64,000 bases of DNA from Octopus sinensis (GCF_006345805.1 NC_043005.1:37944001-38008000); one strand, 5' to 3'. Counted from the first letter of the stretch, positions 13,181 to 27,513 are shown. The notes: generated by a model not told the origin, from the letters alone. Program-made: numbers and translations.

Positions 13181-13338
13181 GGAGTGGTTAGCGTTAGGAA
13201 GGGCATCCAGCTGTAGAAACACTGCCAGATAAGACTGGAGCCTGGTGCAGCCTTCTGGCTTCCCAGATCCCCGGTCGAACCATCCAACCCATGCTAGCAT
13301 GGAGAACGGACGTTAAACGACGATGATGATGATGATGA
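13178..13338 (+). mobile_element. Short RTE LINE 3' end inserted in a (TA)n tract
   Basis: ggcatccagctgtagaaacactgccagat...catgctagcatggagaacggacgttaaacgacgatgatgat, flanked on both sides by (TA)n. Confidence 0.85.
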
Positions 13339-13406
13339 TATATATATATATATATATCCCAGCATGGCCACAGCTCGTGAGCTGAAACTAGATAAAATTT
13401 AGAAAA

Positions 13407-13437
<31 letters not shown>

Positions 13438-14429
13438 CGGATACATACTCACTTCTACTTAGCTCGTATTTTTAGAGGGCCACCCAGACATCTCATCACC
13501 ACCATTCTTATCTCTCTTCCCTCCATCCCCTTGCTCCTCTCATTGTCTTTTCTGCAGTGCGAGTAGCCATGTTCCTCTTCCTTCTCTCACACTTTAACTA
13601 CTCCTCATCTACTAACATAAACCTGCCCCACCATCTATTGTAGCTCCACATAGACAAAAGTGATCTTAATCTTGCAGGCTGCATAGGCACCTCACTAGAG
13701 TTGGTGCCATAAAAAAGGCACCCAGTATATGCTGTAAAGTGGTTGGCATAAAGAAAGGCATCCAGCTGTAGAAGCTATGCCAAAACAAAGACTGGAGCAC
13801 AATGCAGTCTTCAAATCCATTAGATCCTGTTAAAATGTCCAACCCATGCCAACATGAAACATAGACATTAAATGATGATTATGGTATGTGTGTGTCTCCA
13901 TGTGTTTGTACTTCTTCATCTTGATATCATATAATGATTTGTAAATGAGCATCACTATCATACAAATGATGTCATTAATTTCCAATCTTCCATGAAAACA
14001 TGGCCGGTAATAGGGAAGTATAAATTTGATTGGAAACAAGTGGTTACCTGAAGGACATCCAGCTAGAGAAAGTGTACCTAAACCATTTCCATCTGACCCA
14101 TGCAAAAAGAGAAAGTGCTCAGTAAATAATAATGATAATCAAGATACATTTGCTAACAATTTTATGACATTGTTATGTTTTAATATGCCAGTCAAATGAT
14201 GATATGCTGATACATAGCCCCTTATTGAAATATTGTATGTCAAATTGTAAAGCAAAACTTCGTCGTCATTTAAAATCCATGTTCTATGCCAGCATGGTTT
14301 GAATGGTTTGACAAGATCTGATAGGCCCAAGGACTACATCATACTCTAGTGTTTACTTTGATATCATAGTTTCTGTGGTTGGATAATCTTCTCAACACTA
14401 ATCACTTTCTAGAGAGCACTAAAAAAAGC

Positions 14430-14680
14430 GTTACCATCTTGAGTCATGCCAGCTTATGAGGGCCAGTTTCCCAGTTTCCATGGAGTATAAAATCTCCACC
14501 TATACAGGATGCCAGGCTATCACAGGATTACTTATTTTTGCCAGTTGAGTGGACTGGAGCAATGTGAAATGAATTGCTTTGCTCAAGAAACACAAAACAT
14601 CACCTGGTCCAGGAATTGAAACCACTATCTTATGATCATGAGTCCAACACCCTAACCACTGAACCACATGCTTTCACTCC
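14430..14680 (-). mobile_element. SINE family C fragment
   Basis: Shares ttttgccag.tga.tggactggagcaa....aaat.aa.t..cttg..caag.acacaa with 19470-19782. tRNA-like head on the minus strand. Confidence 0.65.
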
Positions 14681-14989
14681 AGAGAGCACTGGGTGCTTTA
14701 TATATATCATCAGCACTGGTAAGGCCATCATGCATGAATAAATTCTCTTTTGAATAACTGGGGCTACAGTAGAGAGGGAAGGGTTGCCTTATGCTAGGAC
14801 ATAGAGGGTTTAAGTATGAAAAAAGAGGCAAGAACAGAACAATAGATATTAATTTCTACAATATTTCAATTTCTTACATTAAAACACTTATATTAATTTC
14901 AATATCAACATCTGTTGCAAAATTTTTATCCTATGTCATTTAATTTGGTAAATTTTCTAAGGTGGTGTTAGTGAGAATGATACAGAATC

Positions 14990-15816
14990 ATAATGTATTA
15001 GTTGTCTTTAAATAGGATCCTCTTACTCCAATGTACTTGTCGTAGCACTCCAGCCACTGCATGAAGGGCCACAGAAGTCTTCCATAGTAAAGGTGTTCAG
15101 GACCCTTGTCACAACCACCTTCATCTTCAAAATGACTGTCCCTAAGGTTCTCCTTCAGCTTGTGAGGAACAACCAAGAATTATAAGAAGCAAGGTCTGGA
15201 CTGTAGGGAGAACAAGAAACAGCTTTGATGCCCATCACATCACTTAGCACCCTAGGTACAAACATTGCACAAGTTTTGTGCCTGTTCAGATCTTCATGAA
15301 TAATTTTGTGTACAGTTGCCACACCAACTCCAAACAGAATGCATATTGTTTTTATAGATACACAACAGTCTTCATCTTGAAAATTGGGAATTTCCTCAAC
15401 CAGCACTGATGTTCTGATGTCATTCTCTCTTACACACTTCGCATTGTCTCTCACTTCCCCTCAACCATCCTTGAACCTCTTGTGCCAACATAAAAGTCAA
15501 TTCATAAGCTGTCTGGAGAATTTCATAAGTTTCTGTAGTATTTTCGCCCAGTTTAACACAAATTATTAATGCATAGCAAGCCTCTAAATTGTCTTTGCAT
15601 CTGAACTGCATTTTGCAAACTAGTCAGCTGTGACAAGCAGTGTTTAACAAGATATGTTTAAGGTGCTGCTACAGCTGTTTTCTTTAGCTTGGAATAACAA
15701 AAGATGACAGGTCACTTGATTAGATGTATAGTTATGATTTACTAAAATCACAATAATCTGGAACAGTTATAACTGCCTCGCCTCAAAAAGTCTGAAAACT
15801 TCTGGAATGAACCTTG
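14990..15816 (-). mobile_element. Degraded mariner (Tc1/mariner) transposon
   Basis: Minus-strand fragments IICVKLGENTTETYEIL (HTH), GVATVHKIIHEDL..FVPRVL and SPYSPDLASYNSWLF (YSPDLAP motif), plus KLKENLR..FED. TIR-like end followed by TA at 15817. Confidence 0.88.
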
Positions 15817-17819
15817 TATGTTGTTGAATATTTTTACTCAGACACAGGTACTCTTAATTTAATTCTTATCAACTATCATTCTCAATGTTCATCCATATCT
15901 GCCATCATGATCCGTCAACTAGAGCCCCTTATTTATCCCTATATTTTCCTTTCCACTGCTTCTACACCTTGCACATTGTTCTACTACTTTCTGTTTTATT
16001 CTCCTTCTTGTGCCATTCCTATATTTCCCTCCTTACACACTAGTAATCCATTATCTGCAGCCCCACTTTAGCTCATCACTCATTATATTAACCTCCACCT
16101 CCACCTGTTTACTCCCTCCTTGCATTCATATGAAAGCTCCCTCTCTGTCAGCCCCTCCCATGATCCCTTATCCTTGTCCTCTTTTATGTTTACCTTTTTA
16201 TTCCTTGTGAGTTTGCTCCAGTATCCCATCACTGCCTTCCTCTTATCTTCTTCAGCCATATATCTCTTCTATAGCAAGACTCCTGTGCTTGTCCCTCTAT
16301 CATACTTTAACCTTTCGACACTTGGCATACAAAAACATTCTCACGATTGCCATCTTGTCTTCTTTTCTTTATCAGGCATAGTGTATCTAGAACTACATTA
16401 TCTAACGATGTTTTATTTTCTCTCTGAAAATGGTATGATGTGATTTGGAATAGCGGTTATTTTGGTTGCTATTTCTTGCAAGTCAAACAGCTGTCAAGGC
16501 CTCCTAGTTGTAGTGATGTTGATATTAAAAGCAAGCAACACTGCTAAATAGTGATATATGACAATTGCTACATGAAGTAGCCAGGAGCCATGATTGTCAA
16601 GAAAGAGGAATTGGGAGGGAGTTCTGACACCTATAGCAGTGATTGGTATGTCATATCACTTACTGGAGTGTTACTATAAGAGTTATATATTTGTGTATAT
16701 AATATTGTAATGGAATAATGTTGGTGCTAATGGTTGATACAATATTGTAAAGTATTGGGAGTGGTGGTTAGGATTAGGAAGAGAGTTTTAATATAATAAT
16801 TCAACTCTGCTGTTTAATACATCAGATATTTAAATTAATATCATAGAATAGTTACTAACATCAACTAGAATCATATTACTTTTCTTTCTTTGGCTGTTTG
16901 TCTATTTTCTCTACTGTTCTTTCACTTTCTGTTTGTCTCTCTCTTTCCCTTCCATTCCATGTGCGTGCAACAGATAAACATTTAACTAATTATCTTATAT
17001 TATCTCATGTTTTCCTTCGCATTTTTATTGCTGTGCGGAGTTGGAGAGAAGGGGTATGTTTTTCCAAGTTTTTTTTAAGTATCTGTGAAAAATACACAAA
17101 TAAATAAATTTTTTGAAAAAATGTAATTAATAAGAGACATAAACAACAATGGAAGAAAATATATTTTAATTTGATAAGTCTTCATTCTATGTCATCTACG
17201 TTAACTGTTTCTTTTTTCATCCAAAATATTTCATTTGAAAATAGAATGTGTATGTTTGCATATAAGAGTATGCATGCACATTAAGTGCTAATATGCTATG
17301 TGAATACAAGTGTAGCTATCATTTTTTCTCTAATACATACATATATAAGAATATCAAAATATATGTGTCAGTGTGTGAATATAATTTTTTCTTTCTGTCA
17401 TAACTAAAAAAATTAGAAAGAAATTTCAAATAGAATTATCAATTATAAAGTAAGAAAGCACAAAACTTTAATAATTTTTCTGTGTAATAAAAAAGAAAAA
17501 TTTAAAAGCCGTTTCTCAAAAAGATTTTCTTCTGCAAATTTAAAAACAAATTAAAACTACTGCAAATAAAATTTAATAGGTGTTAAAAGAATTGAATCAA
17601 ATTATGTTTTCATTACATATACAGTAGTAAAGATATGCAAATGCAGTTATGTACATAGAGAGAATATAAAATTAGTAAATAAAATTAAAAGGCAACATAT
17701 AAAATCATAGAGCAGATTGGAAGACACAATAAATGTTGAATGAAATAGAGAGCAATGACAAACTGTGGCTCTATTGTTCAATCAGTTGTATAAACACTTG
17801 ATTCTTTATTAAACCTGTA

Positions 17820-18115
17820 GTTTGTTTTCAGCCTGCTACTTATTCTATCAGTCACTTTTGCCAAACTGCTTAGTTTCAGGAATGTAGATGCTGCAACACT
17901 GGTTGTTAAACAGTGGTAGGGGACAAACACAGAAGCAAAGACACACACACACACACATGATGGGCTTCTTTCAGTTTCTATCTACCAGATCCACTCACAT
18001 GGCTTTGGTCAGCTCAAAACTGTAGTAGAAGACACTTGCCCTAGGTGCCATGCAGTGGGACTGAACCTGGAACTATGTGCCTGGGAAGCAAGCTTCTTAC
18101 CATACAGCCATGCCT
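17820..18115 (-). mobile_element. SINE family A copy
   Basis: Matches the family A body and head in reverse complement. Confidence 0.8.
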
Positions 18116-18225
18116 ATATATAGTAGATTAAAAAACAAAAACAAAGAACAAACACAAAAAACAACAACGTGAGTATGTGGTACATGTAAAGTATTTACAG
18201 ACGCTCAGGGAAGGAAAGAAAGATG

Positions 18226-18260
18226 GTTTAACATTTCAAGCAAAGCTCTTCTTCAGAAAC
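18226..18260 (-). ncRNA. Minimal type I hammerhead ribozyme relic (PLE pLTR type)
   Basis: Minus strand: gttt CTGAAGA agagc ttt gctt GAAA tg TT aaac. Stem I is gttt/aaac and stem II is aga gc/gctt with one mismatch or bulge; the departures from gctcgaaacg fit CpG decay. Confidence 0.6.
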
Positions 18261-18639
18261 AGAGTAAAGTCCAATAAAAAAGGAAGACAGGAAAAAAAAT
18301 TACCAACAATTCACGTGTGGTTATATGTATGTATGTTTGTATGTATGCGTGTATATATAGATATGCAAGCATATTATCATCAACATCATTGTTATAGCAT
18401 CCACTTTCCCATGCTTGTATAAGGCAGACAAAATTTGCTGAGCCAATTTTCTATTGTTGGATGTCCTTCTCATCTCCAACCCTCACTTGTTTCAAATCAA
18501 AGTAATGTTTCTCCATGGCGAGAAGTTTCGAAAACAAATAACACTGCTTGCATGATGATGATGATGATGATGATGATGCTCATTTGCAGTAATTATCAAA
18601 CAATATCAAGACAATGTGCTTTAAACATGCAAACACACT

Positions 18640-19015
18640 CTTGTAATAAGAAGCTTGCTTCCCAACTACATGGTTCTGGGTTCAGTTCCACTGCTTGGCA
18701 CCTTTGGCAAGTGTTTTCTACTATAGTCTCGAGCCAACTAAAGTCTTCTAAGTGGATTTGGTTGAGGGGAAACTGAGAAAAGCCTGTCCTATATGTGTGT
18801 GTGCTTGTGTCTGTGTTTGTCATCTACCATGGCTTGACAACCAGTGTTGGTGTGTGTACATCCCTGTAACTTAGCAGTTTGACAAAAGAGTCTGATAGAG
18901 AAAATACCAAGTTTAAAAAGAAATGTACTGGGGTCGATTCATTTGACTAAAAATTCTTCAAGGCAGTGCCTTAGCATGGCCGCAGTCTAATGGCTGAACC
19001 AAGTAAAAGATATAA
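18640..19015 (+). mobile_element. SINE family A copy
   Basis: Head, body and tail (gcatggccgcagtctaatggctgaaccaagtaaaaga) are recognisable. Confidence 0.8.
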
Positions 19016-19469
19016 GATGTATATGACAGGCTTCTTTCAGTTTATGCCAATCAAATTCACTCACAAGTCTTTGGTCTGTCTATGGCTATAATGTTATGTT
19101 GTTGAACTAAAGCTGAAATCTCATGGCTGGGAAGCAAATTCTTTAAACACATGGCCATGCTGAATAAATTTTGTGTATCTTTCAGAGAACATAGTCTATC
19201 AAGAACATACCTTGATTATGGGATTCTCTTCTTTCTGATGGGTTTTTGACAATTATGTCTAAAATTTCACCTTAAATTCTTTGAATCAGAATGATCTGTG
19301 TGTGAGTACGTGTGAATGTGTATGTGTGCATGCATGTGTGCATGTGTGTGTGTGTGTGCATGTGGTGTTCTGGTTAATTTAGCAATTATCTTGTATTTTG
19401 GGAGGGTCATTATGCCAATAATAAATACACACACTGGTCCCATTTTACTTCTTTCATTATTATTAGTCA

Positions 19470-19782
19470 ATTAACTGGAACAACATGTGTTCCACTTGAT
19501 CTGATGAATGGAACAGCCTGCTCAGGAAATTAAAGTGCAAGTGACAGAGCACTCCGCAGACATGTGTACCCTTAGCATAGTTCTCAGGGAGTTTAACATG
19601 TTACAGAATACAACAAAGCTGACCCTTTGAAATACAGGTATTACTCATTTTTGCCAGCTGAATGGACTGGAGCAATGAGAAATAAAGTATCTTGACAAGG
19701 ACACAATGTACCACTGGGAATCAAATTCCTGACCTTACAATCATGAGTTGAATACTCTAACCACAAATCCACATACCTTCAC
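19470..19782 (-). mobile_element. SINE family C copy
   Basis: Homologous to 14430-14680; tRNA-like head at the right end. Confidence 0.65.
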
Positions 19783-20229
19783 AAGTCAAGTAGTTAACCA
19801 TTTAAGCAATTAACTAAAATATTGTTTGATTAATCATTGCAAAAAGTGACCAAAGAACTCTGACAAATCTAAGCTGATAGGTTGATGACTGAACGACTAG
19901 TCAAACAACTAAATATTTAATTGGTTTAAACAGTTGAGTAATAGTAAAAGAGGCGAAATAGAACCAGTGCATGTGTTATGATTGGCATAATGACCCTCCC
20001 ATGATATGACAAAATCTGTTTGAACACACAAGTCTATATCAAGAATCTTGCAAATCAAATACAAAAACTAAATAATTATGAACTCACGTTTTAATTTAAA
20101 CTAAGAATGGTTCAAGTTTAATGTGGAACAAAAAGAAATTGGAAATAATTTGGTATGATGTGTGTGGCACTGTGGTAGGTTTATGGTTTTATCTGAGAGG
20201 TGATCTGTTTATTTAACATCTAAGAAGTT

Positions 20230-20878
20230 GTTTTGAAAGAAATGAAGCCAGTATGCTCTGCTGGATGGAGAATGTCGGTGTGAATGTGCAACAGAATATT
20301 AAGTCCTTTGAGACAAAACCTGGGAATACAAAGCATCAGCTGTAATGTGCAAGGGAGAAGATTGCACTGGTACTGTCATGTTATGCATATAAATGAAAAC
20401 AGTTGCATCAAGAAGGGCTGATCTCTCATTGTGGAGGGAATTTATGGAAGGGGTAGACCTAGGAAGATGTATGAGGAAAAGGTAAGAAAGGATCTTCAGA
20501 CTTTGGACCTCACAGAAGGGATGACAAGGGATTGAGACTTCTGGTGGTTTGCTGTGCTTGAGAAGACACATCAAGCTAAGCAAAATCATGATTCTCCTTG
20601 CATACAGGCATGTTCCCTGCATTCCTCTTCAGCTGGGCAATCCTACTCTCACAGACTCATAGGTGCTGGTCCCATGTAAAAAGTGCTTGTGCCAGCACTG
20701 TGTAAAAAAACCCAGCACACTTCTGTGAAGTGATCGGCATTTGGAAGGGCCTCCAGCCATAGCAACCATGCCAAAACAAACGTGGAGCCCGGGCAGCTCT
20801 TCAGCTGGCCAGATCTTGTCAAACCATCCAACTCATGCCAGCATGGAAAACAGACATTAAATGATGATGATGATGATG
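20230..20878 (+). mobile_element. Degraded RTE LINE 3' portion
   Basis: gaaagaaatgaagccagtatgctctgctggatg encodes ERNEASML.WM, homologous to the 99..758 ORF; ggtagacctaggaaga encodes GRPRK; ends in a (GAT)n tail. Confidence 0.8.
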
Positions 20879-22341
20879 TGGGAAGAACAAAGATTTTTAA
20901 CTACCTAGGGTTTAATTTCTTAACTCTATTTTCTTGTTCTCTTTTTAATTCCAAGATGAAATTCTAGTCTCACCTCTAGGTGCTTCTTTAGCTCAGGCTT
21001 GAGTTCAGTGATTCATGGAACAGAGTCTATGGTTTTATAAACCTGATATTTATCTACTTAAGGATTTTCATTCACTTTTTAAAACAATCATAAAAAGAAA
21101 AAAAGACATGTTAACAGCCTAACATACAGTTATAGATCTGTATTGAAGTGTTCTCTAATTGCTCCGAAGTAGACAGCAGTTTGTGGTCAAGAGAGAGAAA
21201 AGGCAAGTCAATAAGTTAGATAAATGGTTTGCATTCACTTCCAACAGGCAAGAAATTGGCAAAGTTATAAGCCTCAGTGAAGCTAGCCATGCCATTAATT
21301 TGATGGTTTACTCTGTTGTGCAAAACGAACAGCTCTTTTAGGGAAATTTCTCCGTTCTTTCTTACTTAGGTTTGTAATAATTAGAATTAGGTGGCATTGG
21401 AAAAAAAATAGGGGAAATGAGGAAAAATAATGGGAGACAAAAAAGGGAAAGAAAGAAAATGGAAGAGAGAGAGAGGGGGGATGAAAAGAGAAGATGTTAG
21501 AAGGAGAATGTGTGGAGTAATTTTGGGGAAAAAAAAATGTATTGTAACAATTGTAAATATACATATGTGTGTGCATATACATTCAGTCACATATACTCAC
21601 GTATACACAAACATATCTACATATGTGAGCATAGAAACAAACATACATACATAGACATGGAGCTAAAAGCAAATATATAAGACTACACTAATAAAATATA
21701 TAAATAAATTGATCAGATAGATGGTAAAACAATAGATGCATGTGTATTTGTGTGGATGTATAACCACAGCAGTCCCAGCTTCTGAATCATGTTAAATTGA
21801 AAGAAAGCTACAAAATGCACTTTGCAATCTATGTGAACAACCAAGAACCATTGGAAAATAATAGAACAGCTGGATTTTCCCAGTCTTTTTGCTACTGGCT
21901 GACTTTCTTCAATTTAAAATTCTCAACAAAGACAAAAAAAAAAAAACAGAAAAAAATCTCATCTTTTTCCAGTTTTTATTTTTTATCAGCTATCAGTCGA
22001 AGCTAATGATGTAATTTTATTAATCCTCCGTAGAAATATCTGACAGGAAATCTGAAGGTTACTTGGCTCTGTGGTAGATAGGGCTCTAAAGATTCATAAA
22101 GTGCTGTTAACAAACAATTCAACAGAGAATGACAACTAATTCATATATATATATATATATATATATCATCATCATCATTTAGCGTCCGCTTCCCATGCTA
22201 GCATGGGTTAGACGGTTCAACTGGGATCTGGGAAGCCAGAAGGCTGCATCAGGCCTAGTCTGATATATATATATTTATCTATATATTCTCGTGCGAATGG
22301 TTTTTTATACAGCGCTGTTTTTACAATCCTGTAAATAATAA

Positions 22342-22757
22342 TAATGGTATTTTTATATAAGCTTAAAGCTTATGGTGATCACTATGCAATGACTTAGGAA
22401 AACAGTCCAATAAAGGGGCATATAAGCCCTCGAAAGAAAAAAGAAGGCTTTCCTATCTGCATGTGAGGAAAAGTAAAGTCGACCTCGGCAGAATTTGAAC
22501 TTAGAACGTAAAGACGGGCAAAATATCGCTAAGCATTTTACCCGGCATGCTAACATTTCTCCCAGCTCGCCACCTTCCTCAAAATATATGTTACTGCTCT
22601 AATGCTTTTGAGTGTGCCAGCATGGCTGTAGTCAAATGTAGATAAGAAAGCCTTCTTTTTTACTGTCGAGGGCTTATATGCCCCCTTGTTAGACTATTTT
22701 CCTTAGTCATTGCACGGTGATTGCTTTAAGCTTTAAGCTTATATAAAAATACCATTA
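22342..22757. repeat. Inverted repeat (arms 22342-22462 and 22636-22757) enclosing SINE fragments
   Basis: taatggtatttttatataagcttaaagctta...ggggcatataagccctcga...agaaggctttc.tatct.cat and its reverse complement. Confidence 0.88.
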
Positions 22758-23094
22758 ATATATATATATATATGCTATAATAAAAAAAATTTATACATTA
22801 AACTGAAAGATTACTCAGTACTTTTGGTAGAATACCAATTTATTATTCTTTAACAGCACTAGTATTGACAATGACTACAAAGCCAGCTAAACCATCATTA
22901 GACTGTCTGTCATCGAACTCACTGTCAATACTATTCTCACAAAAGAATATATATATGTATTTGAGAAAGGAGATGACAAAGGAATAAAAGATTATTGTAT
23001 GAACCTCATTATCTTACAGCTGTATCCACTGTAACTATAAGACTTGTGACTGAATTTAGGAGATGAAAACTAAAAGAAACCTGCAGTATACGTA

Positions 23095-23132
<38 letters not shown>

Positions 23133-23339
23133 TGTATGTGTGTGATTCTTTGTCTTGATATCATGTGATAGCTGTAAATAAGTATCACCTACAATTCAAG
23201 TGATATCATTCCAGTCTTCCTTTCTTTCTCCATCCATCCAATCTCACATGCTTTGTAATGAAGCTTGGGTAATATCTTCCTTCTTTCCTTCCTGGTTAAA
23301 AGATTAGATACATCCCTGCACGTGCACATACACACACAG

Positions 23340-23928
23340 TCTTTTATCATTTATTTGTTTCAGTCATTAGACTGTGGCCATGCTGGAGCACCGCCTTCAA
23401 AAATTTTTATTTGAATGAATCAACCCTGATACATTTTCATTTCTCTTTTGAAGCCTGCTACTTATTTTATCAATGTCTTTTGCTGAAACACTAAGTTACA
23501 GGGATGTAAATACACCAACACCAGTTGTCAACTAGTGTTGGTAGACAAACACATGTACATTATATATATGATGGGCTTCGTTCAGTTTCCATCTACCAAA
23601 TCCACTCACAAGACTTTGGTCAGCCTTAGACTATAGTAGAAGACACTTGCCCAAGGTGCCATACAGTGGGATTGAACCTGAAACCATAAGGTTGGAAAGC
23701 AAGCTTCTCACCACACAGCCATGCCTGCATCTATATTCTTATTTCTTTATTGCCCACAAGGGGTTAAACATAGAGGGGACAAAGAAGGACAGACAAAGGG
23801 ATTAAGTCGATTACATCGACCCCATTGCATAACTGGTACTTAATTTATTGACCCCGAAAGGATGAAAGGCAAAGTCAACCTCAGCAGAATTTGAACTCAG
23901 AACATAACGGCAGACAAAATACCGCTAA
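23340..23928 (-). mobile_element. Adjacent SINE A (23340-23728) and SINE B (23735-23928)
   Basis: Both match the family units in reverse complement. Confidence 0.85.
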
Positions 23929-24189
23929 TATATATTCTTACCACATCTATATTCTTACCGCACAACAATGCCTGCACTCACATATAAGAATTTAATATCT
24001 ACTCTACCATGCTTTGGAAACAAGAAGAAAAAAAATCGGTTTACATAGAACCCAGGAATTGGGTACTCATTTCACTCACTACATAGAAAAGATATCAAAG
24101 TCCTCATATCAGCAATTAGATAATCTTATAAAATGTACTGTGAGGCTTCTTCACATTTTCTTTAATACGCTATTACTGGCATCGTGATA

Positions 24190-24310
24190 ACACTAATAAC
24201 AGCAACAACAACTATAATAATAATGATAATAACGATGATGATAATAATAAGGATAATATTAATCATAATAACGATAATGATATAATAATAATGATAATGA
24301 TAATAATAAT

Positions 24311-24408
<98 letters not shown>

Positions 24409-24420
24409 TAATAATAATAG
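24190..24420. repeat. (AAT)n microsatellite
   Basis: Directly visible. Confidence 0.95.
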
Positions 24421-24659
24421 AAAAAGCACAATAAAAGAAGAAAAATAACAAGCAATAAAAGGATATAATGTATTGTTTGATGTCTTTCAATTTCTATGGT
24501 GCAATGGTTTGCAACATTTTAATTAATAAAAATGGTAATTTAATTTCAGCTATTTAGGATTCTTTTCTACTGTGTAAAGTTTGCAGTCAATACATTATAG
24601 TTTGTGTGTATGTTTGTATGCGAGTATTAATACATGATGTAATATAATATAATAATACA

Positions 24660-24717
24660 GACACACATACATACATATGTTTATATATATATATACATAT
24701 ATATATATATACAAACA

Positions 24718-24770
<53 letters not shown>

Positions 24771-25045
24771 CATATATATATATACATATATATGCACATA
24801 CGCACATATATATATACATATACACACATACACACACATACATATATATACACACGCATACACACACACATATATTCATACATATATTCATAATTACCTT
24901 GATGCCTGAGAATTCCTACATGCACAGTCATACACATGTATGTATGTATCTATCTGTATGTATGTATGTATGTATGTATGTATGTATGTATGTATGTATG
25001 TATGTATGTATGTTTGTATGTATGTATGTATGTATGTCTGTACAT
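24660..25045. repeat. (TA)n/(CA)n/(TATG)n compound microsatellite
   Basis: Directly visible. Confidence 0.95.
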
Positions 25046-27482
25046 ACGTACTTTATATATGCATTTTATATATGTGTGATTTTTGATTGCTGCTCTCCTC
25101 CTAGAATGACTGTATACCATTTTACCATGTCTGTCTTTCTATGCCGTTATGACATTAGATGTGACTTGTGCAATTGAATCTATTCTTACAGAATTAAACT
25201 TTAGATAATCAGCCACATTTAATATCCACTTGATCTCCAATACCATAAATGCATTCCAGTGACATCACTGAAGTGTCTTTTATAATTGGGTTATATGCAT
25301 TTTGATAACTGTCATCCCTCTAGCTCAATATCACTCCTGATCTTTCTAGGTTTTATACTTCTGTATGAACTATGTGTCTAGTGTCCTGCAGTGTATTGAA
25401 AGCTCAGCATGTTTCTTGATTGTAATATATCTTGGCTCACTGCTTTGTAATAAAAATTCTTTTGCTCATAAGAGTGATTCTGATATGTATAGGAACAGGT
25501 TACTTGGTGACTTGACACTTACTGTTTCTTTCTTCACAGTGGTAATAAATCTGTATCCTTTGGTTTGTAATTGGTTGGAGTTAATTGCTACTAGTTCAGT
25601 GGTTGACTAATATTTAATCTGCCGTGAGCTGAAACCTTTGAAGTGGCAGGTCTTTTACTAGAAGTGGAGCAAACAATGTTGTTACCATAAGCAGGGTTAA
25701 CACGATGTGTGATAAAATTGATGTTGTTGATAGACTCCCAGATGAGACTATATGAAGTAGTCTATGGCAAAAGCATTCCAGCCATAGCTATCCTCAGTTT
25801 TATTTGTTGTTTCTTAAGGTGGAAAGTTGGCAGAATTGCTAGCATGCCAGGTAAATTCTTAGTGGTATTTTGTCCATTGATATCTTCTGGGATCAAATTT
25901 CACCAAGGTTAGCTTTACCTTTCATCCCTTTCAGGATCGATAAAATAAGTACCAGTTGAGTGTTATTGTCAATATAATCAACTTGACCCTTTCCCTAAAA
26001 TTGCTGGCCCTATGCCAAAATTTGAAGCTATTATTGGTTGTTCCCTCTTTTTATTTTTTGAAGAATTTCATTGTTTTTCTTGCTGATCAAGCAATAAAAT
26101 ATAGGCTCTCTTATAAGTTAGAGTCATAATTCTTTGTAGCATTAACCACAAAATCAGCAATTTTTGAGGGAAGGGATTAATTGATGTCATCAACTCAGAT
26201 ATTTGGCTAGCTTTGAAGGGGTTAGTTCAACTATCAACCCCAGTACTTATATTTATGCCCGGTACCTATTCTGTTAGTTTCTTTTACTGAACTGTTAAGT
26301 TATGGAGCCAAAACACAAATCAGCACTGGTGGATAATACAAATACAAAAACGCACACATACAATGAGCTGGCATAAAGATTCTGTCAACCACTTTGGTTA
26401 GTCTAGGGCTAAAGTAGATGATATTTACACAAGGTCCTGTTCAGTGAGACTGAACCCAAAACCATGTGGCTCCAACGCAAGCTTCTTAACCATTCAGCCA
26501 TGCCTGCATCTGTTATTGTTTATGATGTTGCTTCTGCTATTGTTACTAATGAGTATCTTCCATCCCTCTTACAAAGGACACAATAAATTCATTAAACTAT
26601 TGTGTCTGATGTCGATTAAAGTACAGTTAGCTGCTGGAGGTCACACTGAAGTCTCTTGTTATGTGTGCTTGACCTTATAACAGGCAGATTAATATTCAAA
26701 CATGTTCGGTGTTTTCACGTGTTCTAGTTTTTGAGCTGATTACAGATTGCAGAGACTTTCTTATTGTTGTAGAGAAGATTAGCACTAATTGGAACTTACT
26801 AGATTTTCTTGAAGAGGTTTCAGATTGATAAAAGAATTCTAAACGAGAATGGTAATTGATATTGTGTCTGCTTTGGTGATGATATCTGTACATGTATGCA
26901 TACATATGTGTGTGTGTGTGTGTGTGTGCGTGTGTGTGTGTTTGTTTGTGTGTGTGTGTGTATGTTTTGTTTGTTTGTGTGTGTGTGTATGTGTTTGAGA
27001 GAAAGACAGAGAGAGAGAGATGTTACAATGGTTCTGCAGTCTGTTCACATGTTTGCAGGTGGTTATACATGTAATTGGCAGTTTGATAAATGATAATTGC
27101 AGTGTTCATTGACGATAACAATAACAATAACAGTAATAACGATGATGATAAGATGATGATGATGATGAGGACAATGAATTTCAAATTTGAACAATGTCAG
27201 CTTAGAGGAGGTGACATATATCTGCTCTCAACTCGCTAACTTCTGATTGTTAGGTCATGCACTGTGAAGTTACAAGCTCAGGATTTGTAATCCAACCTTT
27301 CAAGCCATTTGGCCATCATTACTTCAGCTGTACACAACTTCACTGACTCTCTCTCTCTCTATTTTTCTCCCTCTCTCTCTCTGCTTTCTCTCTTCCTCTC
27401 ACTCCCTCACTCTACATGGAACATGGACGTTAAATGATGATGATGTTACAGATACATATATAAGTCCCTTTCTCTCTCTCTC

Positions 27483-27513
<31 letters not shown>

